From Bispira polyomma (taxonomy: Eukaryota), in NCBI GenBank assembly GCA_965649765.1, contig OZ287751.1, forward strand, positions 99,572,001-99,636,000: a stretch of 64,000 nucleotides of DNA, written 5' to 3'. Numbering within the stretch: the first letter of the stretch is position 1; each line of letters starts with the position of its first letter. A model generated the notes under the pieces. It had not been told where the DNA came from. It saw only the letters and a list, made by a program, of their open reading frames with translations, and searched no databases. Below, piece after piece: positions 36,468 to 50,540 of this stretch. The translations under genes were made by a program, and so were the position numbers.

Positions 36468-37466
36468 ATGACACCAAGGAAACTATACGACTGTACAAAA
36501 TGTGGCAATAAGCATGTTAAACCCATAAACGAGGATTGTAATGGTGATAATACTGAGGACGATCAGACAGAAATGTAGAACTCTGTTTTAGCCAGTAAAG
36601 GTGTGGCCGCTGATGACATTAATTTGCAGATTTTATCTGAACTCAGCGCATTAAGTGGTCATATGACCGTGGTCGAACAGCAGGTTAATCACGACGAACG
36701 TCGAGCCCAGACGTCGGGGCAATCTCGAGTCTGAAAGTTCCAGTACAGAGGACTGCAGCACAGCCCACGCAGACTACAACTTCCCTGGATGACCTGCTGA
36801 TCCCGACACTACAGACACTGCACACACGCAGTCCCTGCAGATGGCTGTCCACTCTCGTCTGAAGGAATTTGTCACTATGAATGAAGCAGGTACGTGCAAG
36901 TCACTATGAGGGAGAACAGAATCTGTTTGGGTAAAAAATAAGATACAGTGGCCTCAAAGTCATATTCTTGGGGGACAGGACAAATCCCGGTTGTCATACA
37001 ACACCCTCTCAATGGCCCAGTGAGTATCAGGCTCTGCTTCTATTGCAAGAGAGGAAAATAATGTTGATGTAAAAAACCAAATTCTAGATTACCTTACAGA
37101 TATTATGGAAGATTTGCATGACTTTTCATGGGCGTCTGCTTAGGGGAGCCATGCAGTTTTTTTATGCAAAATGGAAGAGGGGAAAAATGGCATGAGCAGA
37201 TTCACATAAGATAGATAGGATTAGGAGGGCTTATGCCTAAATAGTTTTTTACAAAATAATTCTACTTGCTATCAGAGCAACCCTAGAAAGAGTCATGACA
37301 AAGGTTTACCGTGTAAATATTACCAGAATGGCACTTGCCCCATAAAACTGAGCATGAGACCAGAGGGGTGACTTATAGTCTAGTGTGCAGTGAATGCTTT
37401 AAAACTGGCCGCTCAGATCCTCATCCTGCAAAAGATTGTAGGAAAAATCCACCAAAAAACCCATAG
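36468..37466 (+). pseudogene. Y4 gag-like ORF1 with many stops
   Basis: Homologous to the Y2 and Y7 gag (MEDLHDFSWASA, PCKYYQNGTC, HPAKDCRKN). Confidence 0.8.
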
Positions 37467-38311
37467 TACCTTCCTGTAAAATTGTAAAAAATTGTGTCAA
37501 TATAAAGGTAGAATTGTATATAGCAACGTTTTAGTAGATCAGTGCAGTACCCACTGGAGGGCAGATTGGGCGAGAATCCAAAATAAATCATATGCAGAAG
37601 TACTCAAAAAAACGTATTCCCTCCAGGGGTGCTGTGCAGATCAAAAGTGTAAAAAATGTTGAATGTTTACCAAGGGCCAGCAAAACCCTCAAGTCTAGTG
37701 TATCTAACTGTGTTCATACTAACAAAGTGACAGGTTTACAGGATGAAATCACCTCTAATGTGAGGGCTCACACCAGAGCCCACAATGTTCCTGATAAAAA
37801 TGTAAATCAACACGTCTATTGTATGGACAAAGTTAGTCCTGTGAAAACCACTTTACAACAAAAGTCAACCCACAGCAACATGAATAAACCACAGGCAGAA
37901 CCAAGATTTTATAAAAAGGTGGGGTTGGGTAGGGGTCAACTCTCAAAATATAGACTCAAGTTTGCTGTCGGTCCAAATAATTATTGTAAAAATTCCAACT
38001 AAAATATTACAACTATTAAAAATGATACAGACGCAGAGTGTGGAATGCAAAAACGTTGATATGGCCACTATATACTCAGGCATGATAACAATATCCTGGC
38101 AGCCCACAGTTTGGACAGATTGATTGCTTCCATCCAATCTATGAAGGCTTTTGCATATTATTTCTTAAATGGCTCTTTTTAGAATTAAAACGTTTTATAT
38201 TTGATGCTCAATTTGTCATATATATTTGTCACGGTATATCTCTATTAGGGATTCATAGGCATTAATTAACCTTTTCTAGAAGTGCGGCAACATTAAGTGT
38301 CATTCCCCTAA

Positions 38312-38535
38312 ATATGCTGCAGTGGTCTAGTGGGTAGAAGTATTAGTTTCACAATCACTGGTCTCTTACCAATCTGAGTTCCAATCTTGTTCTATCATGT
38401 GTGAAGGTTTCTGGGGTATTGGCCATAGGTGCGTGGTTTACAGTGTTTCCCCATTGGTTTCTTCCACCATTAAATCTGGCCGTTGAGATTTAACCCAAGC
38501 TATAGAAAATAGCATAAAACGAATTAAATTCCAAT
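38312..38535 (+). mobile_element. Degenerate tRNA-derived Meta-like SINE
   Basis: A box TGGTCTAGTGG, TTCACAATCACTGGTCTC as in the 4860 copy, and core GGTTTCTTCCACCATTAAATCTGGCCG. Confidence 0.75.
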
Positions 38536-40469
38536 TTAACTAACCTAACTGTGAAAATAATATGCAAAACTGCAAACAGAATATAGTCCACAAAATTTAC
38601 AACTTTACATTGTTCTTAGTTGTAAAGTATCATCAAAATTGCTTACAAAAACCTGCTTATTGGACTATAAATCTGCCCTGGTTACAATATAATTCCCTTT
38701 ATTGGACAGAATTTTATTAATCTCTGGTGCCCAAATAAGATGCCCAATAGAAGTAAAACACAATATGTGTACTAAAAAGTAGAGGTGCTCTTACCTTAAT
38801 CCTATTCAGATATTTTTGCTACTTGGTTTGAAGTAATACATCTGCTTAAAAAATCTTCCAAGAAGAGAGCAATAATTCTGCACCAATGGGACCTGGACCT
38901 GGGTCCCACAAGTACATTCAAGACTTTCCTCATTTCACGCTTACAATATGTGCCTGATAATGTAATTCTGACACCCATCAGTTTAAGCGGGTTGATTGCT
39001 TGCAACCAATCTGTGAGGGTCTTATATTTATATTTCCAACAAGTCAGCGCCCTTTTCAGAATGAAATCAATTTTGTTCTTGTGCTTTAGAATATACCTTA
39101 CATCAAAATATATCTAGGTCTCATTTGCACGAATGCCCGAATATGAACACACCACAAACCTCTTTATATCCCTCAGTGACTGTACATTTCAACTTTGATG
39201 GGGGATTTATACATGGACAAAAAGCCACAAGCCAACCGCAATGTATGCTCACGGATGTAAGTCTGAATTAAGAATGGCCATTAAGGCATGTTACAAAATA
39301 CAATTTCACACAATATATTATTTTTGCATGTCGAAAAAATAATAAGACAAGAATAACCTGCCATGGAATGCAAAAGGAAAGTTTAACTGCTTTAGGTAGA
39401 CACACTTAGTGTATCATGTGATAGTATAAAAAGTTTAAATATTAGTACCCATTTTTTACATTTTTTTTATTGTACAGCATAGACCTAATTGCCACCACTG
39501 CATTTACTGTAGTAATTGCTGTCTTCTTTAAGAGAAAAGTATAACTGAGAACTGAATGAAATTTTTTCGAGTGATGGGTTACAGATAGTTGTGATCATTA
39601 AAGCACAAACCACAAACTACTTATGGCATTCCATAATGTTCTTGTGTGTCATTTTGTTTAAGCAAATGAGCCTTCTGTACCAATAATTTCCTATTCGGAG
39701 CAACTGAAGGAAAATAAAATAATATTTTGGGGGTCTTGACTGCATGTCGACAGACGTAGGTTCTTGAAATAATAAATGCAGTCGCCTGCTTGCTGAAAAC
39801 ATAGGATTGAAAGGGTTAATATGATTACTATTCCTTTGACATACCCTTTTTTAAATGTATTACATGTTAGAGAAATTAGCAGTCTCTTATTATTTTGCTT
39901 GATTTTTCATGTTATTACATAACAGACTAATAGTGTACTTTGTATTTATTTGGAAGACAAGACAGCCTTACTGTTTACATTTTGTAATACTAATCACATT
40001 TGTCTGTAAGAACTTGTCAACCCAGACAACAAAATTACTACACCGTTTCATCTTGTTTGCTGGAGCTTCACTGTGGGAGAGTCCAAGACATAAAAGGATG
40101 AGCAACAGAGAGTATTAACCTCTCATTGAGCTTTGGCAGGAATTTGTTTTTTGGTTAAGTATCCTGTTACCATGAGACCACATTATGGTCAATGACAAGT
40201 GTGTTTTTTTTAAATTTTAGCATGGCATGTTTCAGCTAGATTTGTCAGTACAAATATTAAGTTCCTTCACAATTTGAAATAAATACAGAGTTCATTAGGA
40301 AACAATGAATAATATTGGTCTTTGCACCATCTTTGCTAAGGGACATATGAAAATATATTGTTCATTTTTTGTTAACATTATCTAAAAAAGACATTTAAAT
40401 AAAAATTTAACCAAACAATTTCGTTAATACAGTTTGTCAATTTCTATATGTACTACACTTTAGGAATCT

Positions 40470-40630
40470 AGTTGGTTCGAATCCAATTTGTTCCTTCATG
40501 TGAGAAAGTTTGTCCGGCACTTGTCGTAGGTTAGTCGTTTACAGTGCCTAAGGACTAATTTCTGCATTTGTTGAATCTGACCATCGTTACATGAACTAAA
40601 ATGAGGAAAGTGACGTCAAACACGAATAAA
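40470..40630 (+). mobile_element. Meta-like SINE fragment inside host unit copy 3
   Basis: GGTTCGAATCC B box plus core; paralogous to 600-1127 and 55365-55495. Confidence 0.7.
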
Positions 40631-43089
40631 ATTTATAAAACAACTTAACTAAAATTAAAGAGTATTATATGTCATCAAATAACATGACAGTTTTCATTAG
40701 ACATGTCGATGCACCTATTGGCTTCAACCTTTTTATACAAAATTTGTTTCACCTGGAACACAAGCAATATGATTATAGTTCTACCTTGGCTGTAGACCAA
40801 GTTTTCTGTCCTCGAAAATGCATTGATTTACTGATGTAAGCCCACCGATGGACAGAGTTGTTTACTATACCAAGTCATTGTAAATCTGACATGGCAGTTT
40901 ACTACATACTATGCAACGGAAAATAGACGTCACTAATTTCAAAAAATTATATTTAATTAGTCAAGTACTTTTAGGTTGCCCACAAGTTACAATATGGTGT
41001 ACAGCTATTGTAATAATCAATATATAACCACAGACTGGAACGATGATAGTTTGTTATAGGTGCCGTCACACATTCACAATGATTTGCTGTAGTAAGCAAC
41101 TCTGTGTACGTCAGTAAATCAAAGCATTGTCGAGAACAGAAAACTGGGTCTACTTTGGCTGGTTCAAATGGAAATTAAAAATATTAAGACAGTTGAAATC
41201 TGAATTTCAAAGCCTTCTAATGTTACAGTTTTCTTAATCAATATCTGCTTATACCTTTTTAATAGTTTTAAGTGACTGCTGCTTTTTCCCTGTAAATCGT
41301 GTTTTTTTTAATTCCACACAAGTGGGCATATTAAGTTAATCAATTTCATTTGAGTTATTCTTTTAATGAAAATGTCCAGATTTAGAAGATAGCATAATAC
41401 ACATAATATGTCACCTAATACTTCTTGGTTTCTATGGCAGGTAAAATAAAATACTACTCTATCTGTTGACTGTACCTTTAAGACAGATATAGAAACACAG
41501 AGAGAAAATGCAAAATGTCAACACCAGTGACATAAATGTATAACGCAAACATACACACACATATATATATATATTCACTACCATTTTGATTCAAAGGAAC
41601 ATGTTCTTATATTACAAATCTATATCCTTTATAATATTTTACCTTTTCACCAACCTTGAAGCATTGTTATGTTGCACCACACACGCCATCTGGTAGGTAA
41701 AATAAATTATTATTTTTCCAAAGCCTTAAAATATATTCCATTTGATCTTTGATGACAGTACTGTCACATTCATCTTCTCACATTTTCACTCTTCAAGATA
41801 GACAATATAATTTTTAATCAAAGTTATGATTTACTATTGGAAAGTACATTTTAAATACTTTAATAATCATCATTCTTGATTTTTTGTGTATTTCAGGGCC
41901 ACTCTAACAAAACAAAATTGGCAATTTTTCAAAAAAAATAGAAGGCATAATTTAGTTCCTGAATAATTTCTGGCTTTAGCCTAGGTCCACTCCATCCAAT
42001 AAACCTCAACAAGCTTAATGCTGTGCCTTCAAATGAATTTGAACCTGACAGGCTTACTAAGCTTAAGATTTCCTTAGATGTACAGTTTTTTCATCTTGTC
42101 ATATCACCCTGTGTGCACATGGTGTCAGGGGTCTTTCTTTTTTTAGGTGTCTGTCTATTAAAGTTTTCTTCTGTTCAACTGTTATTCTGACAGCTTTCTC
42201 CCTTGTGACATGTGTTCTATGTTAGTGTAAATTGTATGATTATTACTATTACTTATAACTTATTATTGCTGAATTAATGTAATAATTCTTATTTTTAGTA
42301 TTTTATTGTATATGTATTATTGATGACACTTGCCAAATAATGTAAGATTATGGTTACTTATTAAATGAAATTCTTTCTTTCTAAATTAATGTTTTTCTTC
42401 AGGCCCCTATATTTTACATTTCGCCAACTTCACTTTCTCTTTCTATTAAACATCACATTTACCAAACGCTACTAGGAGGGAGTTTTATCACATTTTACAA
42501 TGTCAATAGAAAATATTTTAGTATAAATACTTGAAACATTTGACCATATATATGCTTATAACAAAACAGTCCACAGGTCAACCCTAGATAAGGGACAGTG
42601 TATATATGAGCAATTGTGGGTAGGCTGGAGGTATACTGACAGAGCAAATGCCCTCCAGCCCCCATGGGCCATAATAGCCTATAATTCCACAGTGTTGTCC
42701 AATGCAAGGGACACTTCTGAGTGGCGGAAACAATGAAGCTGAAAGACCGAGGATTTAGTGGCACAATTACTTCTCTTGATACATACCTAACTAGCTGTCA
42801 GGCGAATCAGTCACCCATTAACTTTAGACATAAATAAAGATGAATCAAACGTGTTGTTTTGTTTTTGCAAACATATATCTTAATCCAGATACTGGACACA
42901 CAGGCATTCTTTAACGCAAATAATTGCACAACATGATATTGATTATATTTTTGCCCTACTGGAGTATCACATGCACTCCCGGGGGACCCATACAAAACCC
43001 TCACAGATAAAATGCTTCTGAGGATTGAATTGACTGATACTAGAAGAAACTAGCTTTAATTACCGAAAAATCGGAATGATGGAGGTGAG

Positions 43090-44600
43090 TATTGGAAAGG
43101 TAATTATCAACAGGGAGAGCCACATCAGTTACTCCAAATTGCACTAATACCCACCAGGGAAGTGTTCAAATATAGCTCATGCACCAGTTTGCTCTTAAGG
43201 TGCATTTTAACCACCCTGTTAAATGATACCAAGAATTCATTAAACCAATTTAGATTGGCTTTGAATTCCTTGGTGAGGGCAATGTTTCCCTTAGCCATCT
43301 CAACATTCTGTTCATACTGACAGCTTCGTAGGGGAAATTACTTCCCCTGGCTTCAACTTCACCCACATTCGTTATACGACATGATTTTAACTACAAAACA
43401 ACCCCCTCCGGCATATTTAACTCATTTAAACACACATCTTTCATAATTGTCTTAATGTCTTCCACAGACCACCAGTGCTTCAAAAATCTTGTTTCAAGAG
43501 AAGTTCGCAATGTTCATCGTGGCTGCTGCTGCTCTATATAGTTATAAAAATGTCATTTGCAGAGATCTAAATTTTTATATGTATTCATGGCCTACCAATT
43601 CCACTGATATTTTATCAAACAGTTAGATTACATCCAGCTCATCAATAAGCCCACATACATGTCCACACCCTAGATGTGCTGTCTCAGTAAGTCCTTCTCA
43701 TCCACCATTAATTTCCATGTCATTAGCGGTCTATCAGATCACAATGCAATAGTTCTAACTGTAGATCTTCTTCATTAGGTGCCCACACAAAACCGCCAGT
43801 CTCTGCAGTCATTGGAACTTTAACACCCTCAGAGACGTAATTGATAGGCACGCAGCAGCCAGCAAAAAATTTCCTCAGTACCCGGATACTGGTTTATTTA
43901 ACAAGGAAATCCTGGCTGTCAAACACCTCAAGCATTATTGACAACCAGAATCACCCAAAGGCCTTGTGAATCGCAATAAAGAAAATACTTCACAAAGCCT
44001 TTACGGCTATTCTATCTGACTGCTAATCAGTGGCAGGTTTGGCAAATATTTTGGATAAATTTTTTCCCCGAAAAAATCACCAAACTCAGGCCCAGCTTGT
44101 CATCATCCTCCGAGAGCACACCCATTAGCTATGCGCAACACTATGGCATTGATGGCACCGTCCTTAGTTGGTAATCATATCGTCGATATAATTCCATTTT
44201 TAAAATTTTCTACTCATCATGACCTGACACGTACTGTTTGTGACCCTTTCACAAATTTCCATACCATGCTTGTCTCCCCACTAAATTCCCATTTACTTAT
44301 AGTCCTGGGATCAATCCGTAAGTTATAAAAGAGTGGGAGAGATCCAGCTTATAAATTTTAGCACCAGGACCAATTTCATTGAAACGTTGTATACTGCGTC
44401 TGTAACCATACTATTCATTGATGGGTTGTCATGGGGTAATGAAAGGTCAACATTTAATTGTGGGATGTTGTCATCTTTAGGTCGAGTCATAACAGGTGAG
44501 TAGCGTAATTGCTTGTAAGGCAATAGCTTTATGAAGGCGCTCAAAGTATTTATTTACACTTTCCAGGAATTGCAAGGCACTGTCATGGTTGTCATGGGGT
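43090..44600 (-). mobile_element. Y5: old YR-retrotransposon RT/RNase H remnant interrupted by an L2 piece
   Basis: 44325-44600: YSPVMTRPKDD..VDLS, GPGAKIYKLDLSHSF; 43100-43290: IALTKEFKANLNWFNEFLVSFN..LYLNTSLVGISAIW. Confidence 0.7.
43380..44320 (+). mobile_element. Highly degenerate LINE ORF2 fragment (endonuclease C-terminus and tether)
   Basis: PT..HTLD (~43650-43675), SDHNAI (~43733-43750), WF.NKEI-like (~43890). Confidence 0.5.
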
Positions 44601-44602
44601 GC

Positions 44603-44852
44603 ATAAGGTAACCTTAGTTAAGTTGAAAGATTTCAAAAATAAGGCTACCATAACTTGAATTCTTAAACGAGTTTGAGCTAACCATAAGTTAAGGGGTAAG
44701 TTGGGTAAGGGGTAAGTTGAATTTGGAAATGAGGTTAAGAAGGTTAAGTTTAAACTTAATGAGATTAGTTAAATGTGAATTAGTTTAGTATTTAGAGTTT
44801 GAAAGTGATATGGATAAATACATAATGTACTTACCCAGGTAAGGTGACCTTA
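44603..44852. repeat. Array of degenerate AAGGTNACCTT palindromes at the Y6 3' end
   Basis: TAAGGTAACCTTA, TAAGGCTACCATAA, GAGCTAACCATAA, TAAGGTGACCTTA. Confidence 0.7.
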
Positions 44853-47800
44853 TACCCCAATATACTGTGATTTATTTATTTCTTAAATTTTAGATTTGGA
44901 TTTTTATGTATTTAAACCTGTAAAAGTTTTGTTCCAGACCACCAAACACACTAGAAAGTATTTTGCAGGGCAAAAGCGAACGAGTCAGCCACTTAAGTGC
45001 TGATCATAACCAAGTCAGTAATATATCGCCAGACGCAGTGTGACGTCCAGGTAGGTGCCATGCCTCTGAATGTCCTTCGGATAAACACTGTTATTAAACG
45101 CAAACATGGAACCCGAACTTTGAAAGTGTGGAAGTGAGGTTTGAATAGTGCAAATTCAACATATTTAGCAAGTTTTTAAGATGGTGCCTGACTCGGCTAT
45201 CCATTGTGGAGACCCAAGTACTACCTACCTTGTACTGGAAAGACGGGGCATTCTGGCAAAAAAGACGCCATAGAATGGGGGCAGAGATTAGACAAATGTA
45301 AAAAAATAAAGAAACTAGTAAGATAATTGCTTTAAAATCTGGCCCATATAAGTTAGATCACATTTCTCTACTAGCCTCAACATAAGAGGTATGTCAAAAA
45401 CACTTTTTAATTTAATCTTGAGGGATCTATTGAATAATAACGCCCTGGTATAGTAAGAGATCCCTGGATCTGAGAACGCATCCACTCTAATGTGAAACAA
45501 TATACATTTTGCTTTAATGGCAGATAAATGATTGGCAATTTGAGAAGGAGACACACTGTTAAAGCTTAAAAATTTAAGTATAATACCAACTGAAAAAAAA
45601 TCACCTGAGACTCTGTCTAATTCATGAAAATACTAAGGCCAGAAACAACCTGAATATGCCGTTGTAAGCAGAGGTGGTGGATGGAGCCAGAGCAGTGTGC
45701 ACCCTTCTACAAAACCATACTCGTGAGCAGATTTTTCAATGGATAAGCCCCTGTAATACTAAGGTACAGCACACCAATTAAATACTGTTATCTAAGTCAA
45801 AAAGGGTTGCATCAATAGGCAACAATCTGACAGGTCACACCCATTCATGCAACAATGAAGTATTGTTCTTGCTTTTAACCTATCTAGAAAGCAAATCAGC
45901 CACCTTAATTTTGACCCCCAATTTATGGGTAAGTTTTATATCAATGTCAAAGTTGCTGGTTCACATAGGCACTGACATCGCCTGCTTGTCACATTTAAAA
46001 AGGACTCTTTTGCCACATCCCAGCCCAGAGTTTCAGGGCAATCAGGATATTAAGCATTTCCAAAGAGGCAATTGGGTACAGCCAACTTATAAACTTGACC
46101 AGCATATATCCCCCCATCCCAGTAAGACATGCGTCAAGCTCTACCTGAGTGTCTATGGGCAAAGAAACTGGTACCATTGAATTGTTGCTTGAACGTTGTA
46201 AACCAGTGGAGGTCTCTATTGAAATCAACGGTTACTGCAAACTGTTTCTTGGTATGATTATATCTTAGCAATTGTAGCAATCTGTTGAAATATACTCAAG
46301 CATATATCATAGATTTAGATACATATAAGAGGGACCAAAGCAGCGATTGTAGTTCTCTCTTAGCTCAAGCTTCCTTTTTCACATTTGACATAATGCTCTA
46401 ATTTCCCCCATTTTCACGAAAGGAATAGAAGTGGTGAAATCCACTGTATTTATTAGAATCCCTAGGCAAATTACCTCAGTACTGAGGGGAAAAAGTTTCT
46501 TGGGGCTAATCGTTAAACCCAGTTCCTTCCAGGAAAGCCGATAATCTGTCATAAATTTTAGTTATTTTACTAGGTAACGCCAGATATAAATAGTCGTCAA
46601 TGTACACGTGTATATTTAGGCCTTCCTTGGCCATTATATATCTGGCAGCATCAGAAATTTGCTGAGAAATAGTTGTTCCATTCTGCTAACCAAAGGAGAG
46701 GGATCTGTCTAGATAGTCCCACTTCAGGCCTAATAAGTCTGCATCTCCACGATCAATAGGCACATGTCTTAATGTGCTTCTTATGTCAACCTTAAATATG
46801 TGGCAGCCTCTGCCTAGTTTGGAGATCTCAGTAGTTGTCAACAGACGGGTATGACAATAAGAACTCTGTACCAAGATATTTAGTGGGTGAAGCCACGGAA
46901 TTGATTGATGGCCCAACTGGCCAACTAATATAGACAATAATGCGCTTGTTGCTAGTACTGGATTTATTACAAGTCATCATGTGAGAGAAGTGCATATTTT
47001 CTATAGGTGGACTACTGAACGGACCCCAGATGGCACCATGCATACATTCCCCACTCAAGTATGTATCTGTGTGGTCTGCAAATTCAGTAGTCGACTTACT
47101 GCCATCCGATTGGCTAATATTCTCTCGATTAACATCCACAGGACAGCCGTGCTTCACCAGTAAGAAAAGTTTCTTATCCCAGTAGGATTCAAAATATTGA
47201 GACCATTTTTCGGGATTCAGTTGCGAACTTCTAAATTTTTGCCTACCATATTTTCTCAATATGTGATGCATCTGCACAAAATCAGAGCTGTAATTCGAGG
47301 CCTTACTCTCCCAAACTCTACACCCTAAGTAAGATAATGGAATGAAACCATACTCAACCTTGTCCTGGCAACGCCATTTGCAGTGAGTTGTGTTACCTTG
47401 CTCAATACTTTAGGAGGTCTTTACTTTATGAGGTCTTTTTTTGTTGACCTTCTGTTTAAGTTCTAACGCATATTTATCATTACCTAGACTGTCGTCAGTA
47501 CTGAAACATTTTGTTTCTACACTACTTGCCTGGCATTTATTGACATACTTCTTGGTAATTCTAGTACCCACTGTATCAAAGTGCATTCGGTCGCCACTCT
47601 TAGTGCACTGTATGATTTACATCAATACTGACCATAGTATCGGTGAAGTCCGGCAATGTTAAAGCTTAAAACCTGTTGTCTAACATTAATTGATTTCCAG
47701 TGTCACAGAAGTTTCTATTAGCCTTTCTGCCGATATCATAACCAAACCCAGCCTTGCCCCTAACAATGCTTTTCCCTCCCCCCACTAGTTGTTAGGGGTG

Positions 47801-48950
47801 GCATTGCTAGGGCCTGAGCCGGGTCGGACATTAACCGGGTGACACTTTTTTCGCCAAAAGGTGCGCTTTCTACTGATTTAATTTGAGGTGTCAACTTTTT
47901 GTTGACCTATATTCACAGATACTCGGTTTACAGGCCTTGATATTTCACAAAAACTACTTTCCTGTGGTTGTCCACCTATCTTGCTATAACTAAGGTTACT
48001 CTGTCTACCCCTGATATATCTACACATTTTTGTCCAGCAATTTAAATTACTGGAAACCTGTTCTGTAAATTTTCCTACTGATACATTTACTGCATTGCTG
48101 CAGTGGGCTCTTAGTTTTTTGCATGCTTGCAACTACAATTACTGCTTTTGTGGGCACCAGTACAATGTTCACACATGTGTATCAAGTATGTATTTTCACT
48201 TTTGTGACCCGACGGGAACTTACAGGTGCCTTCTTGATAAAATTTGCAGTTTGTCGACCCTTGCTTTCCTTTCACCCTGCTCTTGCTACTATTCTGACTC
48301 ACATTGTAATCACTGGCACTACTAGAAACGTGCCTCTACGTATGTGCGCCCGCCTAAGCCGGTCAAGTTTCTTAACTTTATTTCACTAGAGTTTGTCCAT
48401 TTCCATGGTGGTTAACACTACCGCATCGACCCTACCTCCCCTCTGGGATTTGATCTTGCCTTTCTTGTGGTCCACATTCTTTCAGTTCCTCGAGCGGCTG
48501 CTCGACCTGGGTCTGAATGGGAATGTTTTTCTTTAAAAAATCTACACTGGGGATAACTCCCTCAACGCTGTCTGAATTGGATTTATGGGAACTTACCAAA
48601 TTACCACTGATATTGGAATTTTTATAAGCCAGCTTTTGAACCGAGTCCGTTGCCAAAGCACCTGCTTGTCTAAACGCACCATCACTGCGCCCATGTTTGG
48701 AACTTGAAGCAGAATCTTGCTTGCCACTTCCGCTAAGCCGTCAGGCATGTCCGAATCAGTGATCTCTTTAAGGTTGTCCTAAAACATGGACTCCTGATGT
48801 ATAACCATATTTACTACCGACTGGCCTAACATGCTTGCCCTTACATTTGTTACAACTGAAAACCTTAATTCTTGGCATTTTGAGGTAAATAATGAACAAA
48901 CAAGTTACTGTATAAAATCTGTTATTGTTTTGCAATGTAATTTTGGGGCA
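44603..48950 (-). mobile_element. Y6: degenerate Ngaro-like YR retrotransposon with both ends truncated
   Basis: gag from ATG 48878 (MPRIKVFSCNKC), finger CKFYQEGTC..HMCEHC..H, RT (FKVDI, YIDD ~46590), RNase H (ELDACLTGMGG), YR (ORF 45315-45554; WTSHCVWRYI ~45020-45050), array 44603-44852. Confidence 0.9.
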
Positions 48951-48989
48951 TTATTCATATACTAGGATGTTTTAACCCATCCCACATTA

Positions 48990-50540
48990 ATTGCATGCTA
49001 TGCATATTACCTCGCACCTTCTCATCTTTCTCCTCAAGAATACAATCTAAATATTTCTTAGGGGGATCCTTATATGCTGGTTGTTTTTTACCCAATATGT
49101 TAGATCACATGTTAGGTAACATGTTAGGTAACATATTGCAGTCGTTGGTCCAGCTGAGCCTCAATACGGAAATTAGTCTTAAAAAATCTCTCACTTGGCA
49201 GTCACATCATCCAAGTTGTCATACTCCCCTTGTGTTGTGTAATCTGGATAATCATATGGTTGTCTCTGCCGTCAGCACTGTGGCACATAATCAAATCGTT
49301 CTCAAACATCGGACTTAGTGTCACAACAATAGCACAAATCTTGGCCCCCCTGCATCCATGCTTAAGATCGGTGAATTTAACGCCCGTTCTTTGCAGAATA
49401 AGGTGCCTGTGGCTATCGACTTAGTTAAGCCCAGGACCTAGATATCACTGCTGTCTCCGAGACGTGGCTCAGCAGTAGGGATACAACATCTTTTTTGTCG
49501 GATATTACTCCTCCGGGCTACAAATTTCTTCAGTTTCCCAGGTTGCACAAACGCGGAGGAGGAGTTGGAATTTTTGTAAAGAATACCCTTTCCTGTGAAA
49601 TTCTAAATAAACCAGTCCTATTTTTCTTTTGAACACATTTCATGCAAAATTTCAAACGGTTATCACTCATTCCTAGTTTCCTCCTTTTACAGACCACCCA
49701 TCCCTTCTTTAAATACTTTTAATCAAAAGTTTTCCGAATTCCTAGAGACCCTTAAGCTTCTCCCATTTAAAACTATCATCCTTGGTGATTTCAACATCAA
49801 GATCGACATAGAAAATACTATGACAAGAGACCTGGGTGTCACTTTTGATTCAGCTTTTTCGTTCGATACTCATATTGCCAACATCTGTCACTCCTGCTAT
49901 TACCACATATGCGACATCAAAAGAATCAGAAACCACTTGTCCATGGACACAGTGATAACTGTGGCAAATGCCATTGTGAGTAGCCACCTCGACTACTGCA
50001 ATTCTTTCTTGTACGGAGCAAACAAGTCACACATAAAAGAGCTCCAGTCCATCTAAAACTACCTATGCAGGCTCATTTTTCGCCTGGGCTGTCGCACAGA
50101 CGTCACTACTTACCTCAAAAAATTACACTGGCTGCCCATTAAATCTCGCATTTTGTTTAAGATTTACGTTACTACTTTTAAGGCTGTAGTCACTCAACAG
50201 CCTCCCTACCTTGCCTCCCTTTTTTCCTTCAGTAACCGCAAGAGAGGCAACAGACTCTCGGTGACTTCGGTCAGACCAATCAGAAAGGTGGGATTCAGAG
50301 CATTTTCCACTGCAGCTCCATGGTTATGGAACAGTCTCCCAGTCGACCTCAGATCAGTTGACACGATTATCGGTTTTAGGAATAAGCTTAAAACCTATCT
50401 TTTTAATCTTGCCTACCCACCTTAGCTTCCCTCGTGCAATGTTCATGGACTTAATGATTGGACCAATGATTCTGCTGTTGCGCTTTAGAAGATGCCTAGC
50501 ATCAATAAAGCACGTTAAAAATCTATAATAATAATAATTA
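48990..50540 (+). mobile_element. Internally deleted L2 LINE: endonuclease N-half fused to the RT C-terminus, (AAT)n tail
   Basis: NARS, AVSETWL, RGGGVGIF, YRPP, GDFNI (49375-49800), then RDLGVTFDS..LDYCNS..LKTYLFNLAYPP. The 5' boundary is uncertain. Confidence 0.88.

Larger units (their letters stand above)
34015..38140 (+). mobile_element. Y4: 5' half of an Ngaro-like YR element; leader interrupted by an L2, truncated before RT
   Basis: The leader at 34015-34330 and 36250-36467 matches the Y7 leader; gag from ATG 36468 (MTPRKLYDCTKCGNKHVKP) to TAG 37466; pol extension with WRADWA. Confidence 0.85.
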
